The translations under genes and the position numbers were made by a program. This document shows positions 12,757 through 24,650 of a stretch of DNA of 49,647 nt, piece after piece. Below the pieces are notes generated by a model, which ran no database searches, was not told the DNA's origin, and worked only from the letters and a program-made list of their open reading frames with translations. Source of the DNA: Chiloscyllium plagiosum (taxonomy: Eukaryota); the NCBI RefSeq assembly GCF_004010195.1, contig NC_057719.1:91396767-91446413 (forward strand), read 5' to 3'. The stretch's first letter is position 1, and each line of letters begins with the position of its first letter.

Positions 12757-15233
12757 TAATGTCTACAACCAAGAGTGGCTCGGCAATTTCACTACTGATC
12801 AAGCTGGTAGGGTCATAAAGTATATTGCTGCTAGACTAGCTCCGCAGCAGATGATAAAGAAACTAACAAGAGGGAAAATCATATTTGACTTTATCCTTAC
12901 CAATCACCCAATTGCAGACGCATCTGTCCATGACGGTATTAGTAAGAGTGATCACCACGCAGGCCTCATGGAGACAAAGTCCCACCTTCACATCAAGAAT
13001 ACCCTCCGTTGCTTTGTATGACACAATCGCCATGCTAAGTGGGACAGACTACGGACAGATCTAGCAACTCAAGACCGGACCATGAGGTACTGTAGGCCAT
13101 CAACAGCAGCAGATTTGTACTCCAGCACAAGCCTTAAACTCATGGGCCAGCATATTCCCCACTCTACCATTACCATCAAGCCAGGCAATCAAGCCCGATT
13201 CAATAGGGAGTGCAGGAGGATATGCCAGAAGCAACACTAGGTTATTGAGAGGAGTTATACGGAGGTAGTCACACTTCAGGTACAAGAAAGAGATAGATGC
13301 GTTACAATCAGGGGTACTGGCAGACAGAGCAGGGAACCCCTGTGGCCGTTCCCCTCAACAACAAGTATACCGTTTTGGATACTGTTGGTGGGGGGACTTA
13401 CCACAGGTAAGCAATAATACACAGGGCTCAGGCACAGTCAGTCCCTGTTGCTCAGAAGGGAAGGGGGAGAGGAGCAGAGCATTAGTCACTGGGGACTCCA
13501 TAGTTAGGGGGACAGACAGGAGGTTCTGTGAGAACGAGAGAGACATTTAGTTGCTGTGTTGCCTCCCAGGTGCCTTGTTTCATGATGTCTTGGATTTTGT
13601 TTTCGGGATCTTTGAGGGGGAGGGGGAGCAGCTCCAAGTTGTGGGCAGGAAAAGGGATGGGGATTTAAGGCAGAAATTCAGGCAGCTGGAGGAAAGCTTA
13701 GACTAGAACAAACAGAGTTGTTATCTCTGGTTTGTTAGCTGTGCCACGTGCTAGCAACGCAAGGAATAGGGAGAGAGAGGAGTTGAACGTGGCTACAGGA
13801 ATGGTGTAGGAGGGAGGGTTTTGGATACCTGGATAATTGGGGCTCATTCTGGGGTAGGTGGGACACCTACAAACAGGATAGTCTACACCTGAACCAGAGG
13901 AGAACCAATATCCTTGGGTGGGTATTTTCTAATGCTGTTTGAGAGGGTTTAAACTTGGATGTAGGTAAGTACTTTGATGATAGTGACACAGTTCGGCTGT
14001 GTTTACTTTAGTGACCACAATTCAGTTATGTTTACTTTAGCGATGAAAAGGATTGGTATATACCTATACCAAGAGGTATAGCTGGGGAAAAGGTCATTAT
14101 GATGCGATTAGGCAAGATTTAGGATGCGTAGGATGGGGAAGGAAATTGCAGGGGATGGACGCAATTGAAATGTGGAGCTTATCCAAGGAACAGCTACTGC
14201 GGGTTTTTGATAAAATCTGTACTTATCAGGCAGGGAGGAAGTGGTCGAGCGAGGGAGCTGTGGTTTACTAAAGAAATTGAATCTCTGTTCAAGAAGCAGC
14301 AGAAGGCTTATGTTAGAGTGAGACGTGAAGGTTCAGTTCGGATGCTTGAGAGTTAGAAGTTAGCCAGGAAAGACCTAAGGAGAGAGCTAAGAAGAGCCAG
14401 GAGGGGACATGAGAAATCTTTGGCGGATAGGATCAAGGAAAACTCTAAATCTGTGTGAGTGAGAGAGAGTGTGTGGGAGTGTGAGGGAGTACATGTATGT
14501 GAGATTGTGTGAACTTCAATGAGGGAAGAGTCCAGCACATCAGTGCAAAAGATGAGGCTGAAGCATTTGCAGCAATCTTCAGCCAGAAGTGCTGAGTTGG
14601 TGATCCATTTCGGACTCCTGCTGATGTCCCCAGCACAACAGATATCAGTCTTCAGCCAATTTGATTCACTCCACATGATATCAAAAAGTAATTGGAGGCA
14701 TTAGATAATGAAAAGGTTAATATTGAAAATTTGTGCTCTAGAACCAGCCGCTCCCATAGCCAAGCTCTTCTGGTACAGTTACAACACTGACATCTACCCA
14801 ACATGGTGGAAAATTGCTAGGTGTATCCTGTACACAAAAAGCAGGACTCATCCAGCCTGACCAAACTACTGCCCCATCAATCTACTCTCGACCCTTAGTA
14901 AAGTGATGAAAGATGTCAACAACAGTGCTGTCAAGCAGCACCTGCTCAGCAATAACCTCTCTGGGATGCCCAGTTTGGGTTCCACCATGACCACTCAACT
15001 TTTTCATTACAGGTTTGGTTAGAATATGGATAAAAGAGCTGAATTCCAGAGGTAATGTGAGAATGCCCTTAACATCAAGATGGCATTTGACTCACTGTTG
15101 CCGAAGGAGCCCAAGCAAAATGGAATCATTGGTGAGTGGTTTGGAGGGGAACTTGCAAGTGCTGGTGTTCCCATGCATCTGCTATCAGGGGTAAACTCTC
15201 CACGGTTAGAGTCAAACCTGGCACAAAATAAGA
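12757..15233 (+). mobile_element. L2/CR1-type LINE ORF2 (12757-13243 and 14508-15233), interrupted by a CR1
   Basis: EN-like RGKIIFDFILTN and VHDGISKSDH; resumes with AKDEAEAFAAIFSQK and WKIA..PVHKK..NYCPI. Confidence 0.7.
13244..14446 (+). mobile_element. CR1 fragment: ORF1 SGNH esterase and part of ORF2
   Basis: PLNNKYTVLDTV, RALVTGDSIVRGTDRRFC, CCLPGA, LHLN; SDHNSV, WFTKEIE. Confidence 0.85.
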
Positions 15234-17135
15234 TGTTTAGAGTCATAGAGTCAAAGAGATGTACAGCATGGAAACAGAACCCTTCGGTCCAATCTATCCA
15301 TGCTGATCAGATATCCTAATCCTATCCATTTGCCAGCGCTTGGCTTATATCCCTCTAAACCCTTCCTATTCATATACCCATCCAGATGCCTTTTAAATGC
15401 TGTAATTGTTCCAGACTCCACCACTTCCTCTGGCAGCTCATTCCATACATGCACCACCCTCTGTGTGAAAAAGTTGCCCCTTAGGTCCCTTTTAAATATT
15501 GCCTCCCGCACCTTAAACCTATCCCCTGTAGTTCTGGACTCCCCCACCCTAGGGAAAAGACCATGTCTATTTATCCTTTCCATGCCCCTCATGATTTTAT
15601 AAACCTGTATAAGGTCACCCCTCAGCCTCCAATGCTCCAGGGGAAACAGCCCCAGCATGTTCAGCTTCTCCTTATAGCTCAAACCCACCAACCCTGGCAA
15701 CATGATTGTAAATCTTTTCTGAACTCATTCAAGTTTTACAACATCCTTCTGGTAGGAAGGAGACCAGAATTGCATGCAATATTCCAAAAGTGGCCTAATT
15801 GATGTCCTGTATAGCCGCAACATGACCTTCCAACTCCTACATTCAATGCTCTGACCAATAAAGGTAAGCATACCAAACGCCTTCTTCACTATCCTATCTA
15901 CTTGCAACTCTACTTTCAAGGAACTATGAACCTGCACTCCAAGGTTTCTTTGTTCAGCAATACTCCCTAGGACCTTACCATTACGTGTATAAGTCCTTCT
16001 CTGATTTGCTTTTCCAAAATGCAACACCTACATTTATCTAAATTAAACTCCATCTGCCACTCCTCAGCCCATTGGCCATCGGGTCAAGATCCTGTTCTAC
16101 TCTGAGGCAACTTTTATTGCTGTCCACTATACCTCCAAATTTGGTGTCATCTGTAAACTTACTAAGTATACCTCTTATGTTCATGTCCAAATCATTTATA
16201 TAAATGATGAAGAGTAGTGGACCCAGTGCACGCCACTGGTCTCAGGCCTCCAGTCTGAAAAACAATCCTCCACCATGACTCTCTATCTTCTACTTTCAAG
16301 CCAGTTCCGTATCTAAATGGGTAGTTCTCCCTGTATTCCATGAGATCTAACTTTGCCAACCAGTCTACCATGGGGAACCTTGTCAAACACGTTACTGAAG
16401 TCCACGTGGTTCACGTCCACCACTCTGCCCATATCAATCCTCTTTGTTACTTCTTCAAACAACTCAATGAAGTTTGTGAGACATGATTTCCCATTCACAA
16501 AGCCATGCTGACTATCCCTAGTCATTCCTTGCCTTTCCAAATACATGCACATCCTGTCCCTCAGGATTCCATCCAACAACTCGCCCAACACTGATGTTAG
16601 GCTCACCAGTCTATAATTCCCTGGCTTTTCCTTACCACCATTCTTAAATAGGGGCATCACACTAGCCAACCCACAGTATTCCATCAGCTATCGATGATAG
16701 AAATATCTCAGCAAGAGGCCCAGCAATCTCCCACAGTGTTCGAGGGCATATCTGATCAGGTTGTGGGGATTTATCCACCTTTATGCATATTAAGACATCC
16801 AATACCTCCTCTTCTGTAATATGGACATTTTCAAAATGTCACCATTATTTCCCCACATTTTTATCTTTCATGTCCTTCTCCAGAGTCAACATTGATGCAA
16901 AATACATGTTTAGTATCCCCTCCATTCCTGCAGCTCTACACGTAGGCTGCCTTGCTGATCTTTGAGGGGCCATGTTCTCTTTCGTTTTTGTCCTTAGATT
17001 TATTTATAAAATCCTTTTGAATTCTCCTTAACTATATTTGTCAAAGCTACCTCATGTCCCCTTTTGGCCCTCTTGACTTCCCTCTTAAGTATACTCCTAC
17101 TGTCTTTATACTCTTCTAAGGACTCACTCGATCCC
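15234..17135 (-). mobile_element. CR1 LINE ORF2 RT + 3' tail (same subfamily as 710-4178)
   Basis: PGNYRLVSLTSV, QHGFVNGKSCLTN, GNFFTQRVVHVWNELP; tail ctctttgactctatgactct. Confidence 0.92.
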
Positions 17136-17156
17136 TGTTCCTCACAGTTCACAATG

Positions 17157-19870
17157 AACATGGAACATAGAACAGTACAACACAGTACAGGCCCTTCAGC
17201 CCTTGATGTTTTGCTGACCTTTTATCTTAGTCTAAGATCAGACTAACCCACATATCCTTCATTTTACTATTATCCATGTGCCGATCCAAGTGTCACTTAA
17301 ATGTCCCCAATGTATCTGACTCGACTACCATGCTGGCAGTGCATTTCATGCACCCACCACTCTCTGTGTTAAAGCACTGACTTCTGACATCTCCCCTAAA
17401 CTTTCCTCCAATCACCTTAAAATTATGCCCCCTCATGATAGCCACTTCCACCCTGGGAAAAAGTCTCTGGCTATCCCCTCTATCTATGCCTCTCATTATC
17501 TTGTACACCTCTACCAAGTCAGGTAATCGGTTTTGTTCAGTTGTTGGTTTACAGAGCAGTGTAATGCCAACAGCATGGGTTCAATTCCTTCTCAACCTCT
17601 TCCCTCGCCTGAGGTTTGGTGCCCCTCAGGTTAAATCACCACCAGTTGATTCTCTGTAATGAGGGAGCAACCCCAATGGTCTGGTAAGATTATGGTGACA
17701 CAGAACAATTATCAAGTCACCTCTCATCCTTCTTCACTCCAATGAGAAAAAGTCCTAGCTCCCTCAACCTTTCTTCATAAGACATGCCCTCCAGTCCAGG
17801 CAGCATCCTGGTAAATCTCCTCTGCACCCTCTCTAAAGCTTCCACATCTTTCCTATAATGAAAACTGAACACAATATTCCAAGTGTGGTCCAACCAAGAC
17901 TTTATGGTGCTGCAGCGTAACCTCACCACTCTTAAACTCAGTCCCTCTGCTAATGAAAGCCAATATACCGTGCACCTCCTTAACAGCCCGATCAAGTTGG
18001 GTGGCAACTTTGAGGGATCTATGGGCATGGACCCCAAGATCCCTCTGATCCTGCACACTGCCAAGCATCCTGCCTTTAACCCTGTATTCTGCATTCAAAC
18101 TTAACCTTCCAAAATGAATAACTTCACACTTTTCCAGGCTGAATTCCACCTGCCACCACTCAGCTCAGCTCTGCATCCTGTCAATGTCTCATTGCAATCT
18201 ACAACAGCCCTCTACACTATCCACAACTCCAACAATCATTGTGTCATCGGCAAACGTACTAACCTATCCATTTACTTCCTCATCCAAGTCATTTATAAAA
18301 ATTACTAAGAGCAAATGTCCCAGAAAAAATGCTTGCAGAACACCACTGGTCACCGAGCTCCAGGCTGAATAGTTTCCATCTACCAGCCAATTCTGTATTC
18401 AGACAGCCAAACTTCCCTGTATCTCCTTATTTTCAGAATGAGCCTACATGGTGAACCTTATCAATTGCTTTGCTAAAATCCATGTATACCACATTCACCA
18501 TTCTACCTTCAATGTGTTTTGTCACATAGTCAAAAAATTCATTAAGGGCTGTGAGGCACGACCTGCCCCTCACAAAGCTATGCTGACTATCTCTGATCGA
18601 ACTATACTTTTCCAAACAACGTCTCTCAGAATCCTCTCCAATAATTTGCCCACCGACGTAAGACTGACTGGTCTGTAATTCTCAGGGTTATCGCTATTCC
18701 CTTTCTTGAACAAGGGAATAACATTTGGCACCCTCCAATCATCTGGTTCTACTCCAGTGGACAGTGAGGACACAAAGATCATCGCTAAAGGCACAGCAAT
18801 CTCTTCCCTCTCTTCCTGTAGTAATCTTGGGTATATCCTATCAGGCCCAGAGGACTTATCTATCCTTATGTTTTTCAAAATTTCCAGGACACCCGCCTTC
18901 TTAACATCAACCTGTTTGAGCGTATCAGTCTGTTTCATGCTGTCCTCAACGTACCTCTCACTAGTGAATTCTGAAGCAAAGTATTCATTAAGGACTTTCC
19001 CTTCCTACTCTGAGTCCAGGCACAAGTTCCCTCCACTATGCCTGATCGACCCTACCCTCACTCTGGCCATCCTCTTGTTCCTCAAATAAGTGTAGAACAC
19101 CTTCGGGTTTTCCTTAATCCTAGTCACCAAGGCTTTTTCATGTCCCTTTCTAGCTCTCCTAAGTATATTCTTCAGTTCCTTCCTGGCTACCTTGTAACCC
19201 TTTAGAGCCCTGTCTGATCCTTGCATCCTCAACCTTAAGTAAGCTTCCTTCTTCCTTTTGACTAGATGTTCCATATTCCTTGTCACCCAAGGTTCCTTCA
19301 CCCTACCATCCCTTCCTTGCCTCAGTGGGACAAACCTATCCAGCACTATCAACCAGTTCTCTCCAAATAATCTCCAAATTTCTGTCGTGCATTTTCCTGA
19401 GAATCTCTGTTCCCAATTTAGGTGCCCCAGTTCCTGCCTAATACCATTGTAATTCCCCCTCCCCTAATTAAATACTTTACCATACCGTCTTCTCCAATGC
19501 TTCTTTATGAGCATAGAAAAGGTCAGAGAGTTGTGATCTCTATCACTGAAATGCTCTCCCATTGAGAGATCTGACACATGGCTTGGTTCATTGCCAAGCA
19601 CCAAATCCAATATGGTCTCCCCTCTAGTCAGCCTATCTACATGTTGAGTCAGGAACCCTTCCTGGATACACCTGCCAAACTCTGCTCTATCCAATCTGTT
19701 TGCACTAATAAGTTCCAATCAATATTAGGGAAGTTGAAGTCACACATGATAACAACCCTTTTACTTTTACACTTTCCAAAATCTGCTCCTCCATGTCTCT
19801 ATTGCTATTGGGGGGGGGCTACAGAAAACTCCCAATAAAGTGACTGCACCTTTCCTGTTCATGACTTCCA
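17157..19870 (-). mobile_element. CR1 LINE ORF2 (EN end + RT + tail)
   Basis: [44 protein letters not shown]; tail gttctatgttccatgttc. Confidence 0.92.
17522..17712 (+). mobile_element. tRNA-derived SINE inserted in CR1, 7-bp TSD
   Basis: TSD caagtca (17515-17521 / 17713-17719); B-box ggttcaattcc; internal hairpin cctgagg...cctcagg. Confidence 0.65.
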
Positions 19871-19947
19871 GGTTTTATATAATTTGCCTATTTTGAAATA
19901 GTGCTTTATAAACCAATGTCAAACTATTAATATGTAAGTATATTTGT

Positions 19948-20084
19948 GGGTGGCACGGTGGCATAGTGGTTAGCACTGCTGCCTCACAGCGCCAGAGACC
20001 CGGGTTCAATTCCCACCTCAGGCGACTGACTGTGTGGAGTTTGCACGTTCTCCCCGTGTCTGTGTAGGTTTCCTCCCACAGTCC
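19948..20084 (+). mobile_element. V-SINE (HE1-like) 5' half
   Basis: A-box tggcatagtgg, B-box ggttcaattcc, V-domain-like gtgtggagtttgcacgttctccccgtg. Confidence 0.85.
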
Positions 20085-20334
20085 ATGTTGCTGGATTGGA
20101 ACAGTTCCTTAGTTAAGTCACTGTATCCAATAGTTAAGTTATTCTAAATTCGGTTTTCTTTTGTTTGTGTTTCAACTGTAGTTTTTAAATAAATTCTGTT
20201 TTGCTTAAAGCCGAGCGGTTTGACCAGCTGCATTACACCTGGAATATGCACTTCACATATACTTTTAAAATAAGAAAAGCTTAGGGGCTAGATTACCTTA
20301 AAATATTTTGATGGAGTCTGGCCTTGTCCATAAC
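20085..20334 (+). repeat. Probable LTR 3' fragment
   Basis: AATAAA near 20188 and a terminal ccataaca like the TAACA end of the solo LTR at 35101; no 5' end or TSD seen. Confidence 0.4.
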
Positions 20335-20339
20335 ATATG

Positions 20340-21010
20340 TTACTATTGACTCTTAACTACAGCTTTGCTCACACAGTTATTGTGTGGCACTGTATTGAAT
20401 GATTCTGGAAGTCCTTTTTGACACTACGTCATCAGAATTATCCTCATTAACCCTTTCTGTAACCTGATCAAAAACTTCCAGCAACTAAGTTTATCACAAC
20501 CTTTCCTTAATAGATTCACGCTGGCTCTCCTTAATTAACTCAAGATGGTCTAAGTGTTGACTAATTTGTCCCAAATTTCTTGTTTCCCCACCACTAAGCT
20601 TAAACTGACTGGTCTGTGGTTGCTTGGCTTATTGGGCTTATTCTGTTTGAACAAGTCGAGGGTAACATTTGTAATTCTCCAGTCTTCTGTCACTGCCATA
20701 ACCCCTAAGGGAGACTGAAAAATTATGGCTTGTGCCTTCACAATTTCCACTCTCAGTTGCCTCAGTATGTTTGGCTGTATCTCAGTGTATCTCAGCCAGT
20801 CCTGGTGCCTTATCAACTTGCAGTATAGGCAGCTTATTCAATAACTCATCCTTACTAATTTTACATGGTTCAAGGGTCTGACTTACCTCCTTGTTCACCA
20901 TGATCTAGGTATTTATTTCTTCCTTGGTAAAAGCAAATGTAAAGTATTTATTCAATAACTCAGCAATGCCCCCTGCCTCCATATGTAAGTCCTTCTTTGG
21001 GTCCCTAATT
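20340..21010 (-). mobile_element. Old CR1 RT fragment
   Basis: EDWRITNVT...PSNHRPVSLSLVVGK. Confidence 0.75.
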
Positions 21011-21019
21011 GGTTGCTCA

Positions 21020-21820
21020 CTTTTTTTAAATTCATTCATGGGACATAGGCATCATTGGCCAGGCCAGCATTTATTACCCATCCCTATTGCCCAGTGGGCA
21101 GTCTAAGAGTCAACCACATTGCTGTGGGTCTGGAGTCACATATACAAAGAACAAAGAATATTTACAGCCCAGGAACAGGCCCTTCGGCCCTCCAGGCCAG
21201 TGCCAATCCAAAATCCACTGTCTAAACCTATCGCCCGATTCCTAAGCATCTGTATCCCTCTGCTCCCCACCTACTCGTGCATCTGTCTTGACACACCTTA
21301 ACTGAATCTACCGTGCCTGCCTCTACCACCTGTGCTGGCAATGGGTTCCAGGCACTACCACCCTCTGTGTGAAGTACTTGCTGCGGATATCCCCCTTAAA
21401 GTTTTCACCTCTCACCTTGTATGCTCGTTATTGAATCCCTCACCCTGGGAAAAAGCTTATCTCTATCTACCCTGTCTATACCCTTCATGAATTTGTAGAC
21501 CTCAATCAGGTCCCTCCTCAATCTCCTTTTTTCTAATGAAGATAATTCTAACCTACTCAACCTCTCTTCATAGCTAGCACCTTCCAGACCAGGTGAGAAT
21601 GGCAGTTTCCTTCCCTAAAGGACCACGAGTGAACCAGATGGGGGTTTTTCCAACAATCAGCAATGGTTTCATGGTCATCATTAGACTCTTAATTCCAAAT
21701 CTTTATTGAATTGAAATTCCACCATTTGCTGTGGCAGTATTTAATCCAGGTCCCCAGAACATTAGTTGGGTCTCTGGATTAACAGCCTATTGATAATATC
21801 ATTGGGCAATTGCTTCTCAT
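21020..21820 (-). mobile_element. tRNA-headed SINE with L2/CR1-type tail, split by a CR1 3' end (21143-21585)
   Basis: Tail gggatgggtaataaatgctggcc...cccatgaatgaa on minus; decayed tRNA-like head at about 21725-21815; inserted CR1 piece ends in ttctttgttctttg. Confidence 0.6.
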
Positions 21821-22517
21821 TTTACCATCCTTTTATTATTTATATGCCTATTGTATATTTTATGATTCCATTTCCGGTCTCTTTCATACGGAAATTACTT
21901 CTCTTATATGCGTTTCCACTCTCTTGGTCTATGTTCTGTATTCAGCTGAGCTTTGAACTGTATTATCATCAGACATCCACCAGAAGTATGCTTATTCTTC
22001 TTTACCAGGGTATCAAACTCTTTTGTGATTCAATGAAATCTGGATTTCCCCTTTGAGGGAAAGTTTCTTGGTTGCCCGAGCTCACTCCGTTTTGAAGGTT
22101 GCAGGATCAAAACAAACGTTTTTTTCAAGGGTTCCTCTTGAGATTTCTTGATATTTGGAGACTTTTGTTTGGTTTTCTGAGGCTAATTTTTCAGTCTTAT
22201 GTACTTCACTTTTTTATGTTCATACATAGGCCGGCATTTTTTTGCCCATCCCTAGTTGCCCTTGAGAAGTTGGTGATGAGCTGCCTTCTTGAACAACTGC
22301 AGTTCATGAGCTGGATATAGACTCATAATGCTTTCTGGGAGGGAATTCCAAGGTTTCGAACCAGCAACACTGAAGGAACAAGTAAGGATGTGAGTGTTTT
22401 GGAAGGGAACTTGCAAGTGCTGGTGTTCCCATGCATCTGCTGCCCTTGTCCTTCCAGATGAAAGTGGTCATAGGTTTGGTGCTGCCTAAGGATTTTTGGC
22501 AAACTTCTGCAGTGGAT

Positions 22518-24090
22518 CCTGTAGTAGGCCCCATCAGGGATAGCATAGGGAATTTGTGTGTGGAGTCTGAGGAGGTAGGGGAAGCCCTAAATGAGTTTTT
22601 TGCTTCTGTCTTTACGAAAGAAACGAACTTTGGAGTGAATGAAACCTTTGAGGAGCAAGTGTGCATGCTGGAATGGATAGTGATAGAGGAAGCTGATGTG
22701 CTGAAAATTTTGTCAAACATTAAGATTGACAAGTCGCCAGGCCCGGACCAGATTTGTCCTCGGCTGCTTTGGGAAACAAGAAATGCAATTGCTTCGCCAC
22801 TTGCAAAGATCTTTTCATCCTTGCTCTCCACTGGAGTCGTACCTGAGGACTGGAGAGAGGCAAATGCAATTCCTCTCTTCAAGAAAGGAAATAGGAACAT
22901 CTCCGGCAATTACAGACCAGTAAGTCTTACGTCTGTCNNNNNNNNNNNNNNNNNNNNNNNNNNNNNNNNNNNNNNNNNNNNNNNNNNNNNNNNNNNNNNN
23001 NNNNNNNNNNNNNNNNNNNNNNNNNNNNNNNNNNNNNNNNNNNNNNNNNNNNNNNNNNNNNNNNNNNNNNNNNNNNNNNNNNNNNNNNNNNNNNNNNNNN
23101 NNNNNNNNNNNNNNNNNNNNNNNNNNNNNNNNNNNNNNNNNNNNNNNNNNNNNNNNNNNNNNNNNNNNNNNNNNNNNNNNNNNNNNNNNNNNNNNNNNNN
23201 NNNNNNNNNNNNNNNNNNNNNNNNNNNNNNNNNNNNNNNNNNNNNNNNNNNNNNNNNNNNNNNNNNNNNNNNNNNNNNNNNNNNNNNNNNNNNNNNNNNN
23301 NNNNNNNNNNNNNNNNNNNNNNNNNNNNNNNNNNNNNNNNNNNNNNNNNNNNNNNNNNNNNNNNNNNNNNNNNNNNNNNNNNNNNNNNNNNNNNNNNNNN
23401 NNNNNNNNNNNNNNNNNNNNNNNNNNNNNNNNNNNNNNNNNNNNNNNNNNNNNNNNNNNNNNNNNNNNNNNNNNNNNNNNNNNNNNNNNNNNNNNNNNNN
23501 NNNNNNNNNNNNNNNNNNNNNNNNNNNNNNNNNNNNNNNNNNNNNNNNNNNNNNNNNNNNNNNNNNNNNNNNNNNNNNNNNNNNNNNNNNNNNNNNNNNN
23601 NNNNNNNNNNNNNNNNNNNNNNNNNNNNNNNNNNNNNNNNNNNNNNNNNNNNNNNNNNNNNNNNNNNNNNNNNNNNNNNNNNNNNNNNNNNNNNNNNNNN
23701 NNNNNNNNNNNNNNNNNNNNNNNNNNNNNNNNNNNNNNNNNNNNNNNNNNNNNNNNNNNNNNNNTGAGAGGCATAGATAGAATTGATAGCCAGAGACTAT
23801 TTCCCAGGGCAGAAATGACTAACACAAGGGGTCATAGTTTTAAGCTGGTTGGAGGAAAGTATAGAGGGGGATGTCAGAGGCGGGTTCTTTACATAGAGAT
23901 TTGTGAGAGCGTGCAATGCGTTGCCAGCAGCAGTTGTGGAGGCAGGGTCATTGGGGACATTTAAGAGACTCCTCGACAAACATATGGTCACAGAAATTTA
24001 AGGGTGCATACATGAGGATCAGTGGTCGGCACAACATTGTGGGCTGAAGGGCCTGTTCTGTGCTGTACTGTTCTATGTTCTATGTTCTAT
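22518..24090 (+). mobile_element. Young 5'-truncated CR1 (interior in gap)
   Basis: Open frame VGPIRD...LNEFFASVF...DKSPGPD...[10 protein letters not shown] up to the gap; 3' end and tail gttctatgttctatgttct after the gap. Confidence 0.9.
22938..23763. other. Assembly gap (N run)
   Basis: Run of N. Confidence 1.
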
Positions 24091-24650
24091 AATATACATT
24101 TTGGTGGCTGAGCATTACTGATGGAATGAATGGATGTTTGTGAATATGGTGCCAATCAAGCGGGCTGCTTTGAGCGGGATGGTGTCAAGCTTCTTGAGTA
24201 TTGTTGGAGAGGCACCCATCCAGGCTCATGAGGAGTCTTCCACCATATTCCTGACTTGTGCCTTGTAGATAGTGGACAGGCTTTGGGGAGTCAGGTGAGT
24301 TACACACCATAGCGTTCCTAACATCTGATCTGCTCTTGCAGAGACTGTGTTCATTTGGTCAGAACAGTTGAGTTTCTGATCAATGATAACCTACAGGATG
24401 TTTTATAGTGGGGTATTTAGAGAGGGTAACACCATTGAATGTCAAGTGACAGTGGTTATTGCCCAGATTTGTATGGTGTGGGGAGTCAGAAATAGTGCTG
24501 AACATGGTGCAATCATTGGCAAATAGCCCACTTCTGATCTTATGAATGAGAGAAGGCATTGATGAAGCAGTTGAGGATGTTTGGGCAAAGGACACTATCA
24601 TAAGGAACTCCTGCTCAGATATGCTGGAGCTTTGATGACTGACCTCCAAA

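Larger units (their letters stand above)
22215..24650 (-). mobile_element. L2/CR1-type LINE 3' part (22215-22517 and 24091-24650), split by a young CR1
   Basis: GLFANDCT (FADDCT-like) and YKAQVR on minus; 3' tail ttcaagaaggcagctcatcaccaacttctcaagggcaactagggatgggc. Confidence 0.65.

Noticed and set aside
14447..14507. GT/GA-rich run, and the (atggtagcaa) x3 repeat near 38549
   Set aside because: Ordinary low-complexity or slippage sequence at repeat junctions.
15300..15602. Antisense ORFs over CR1 3' regions (also 3810-4082, 42514-43182)
   Set aside because: Shadow frames of CR1 ORF2 with no independent coding evidence.
19948..20025. tRNA-like sequences (also about 26045-26119 and 48253-48320)
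   Set aside because: SINE heads continuing into V-domain bodies, not tRNA genes.
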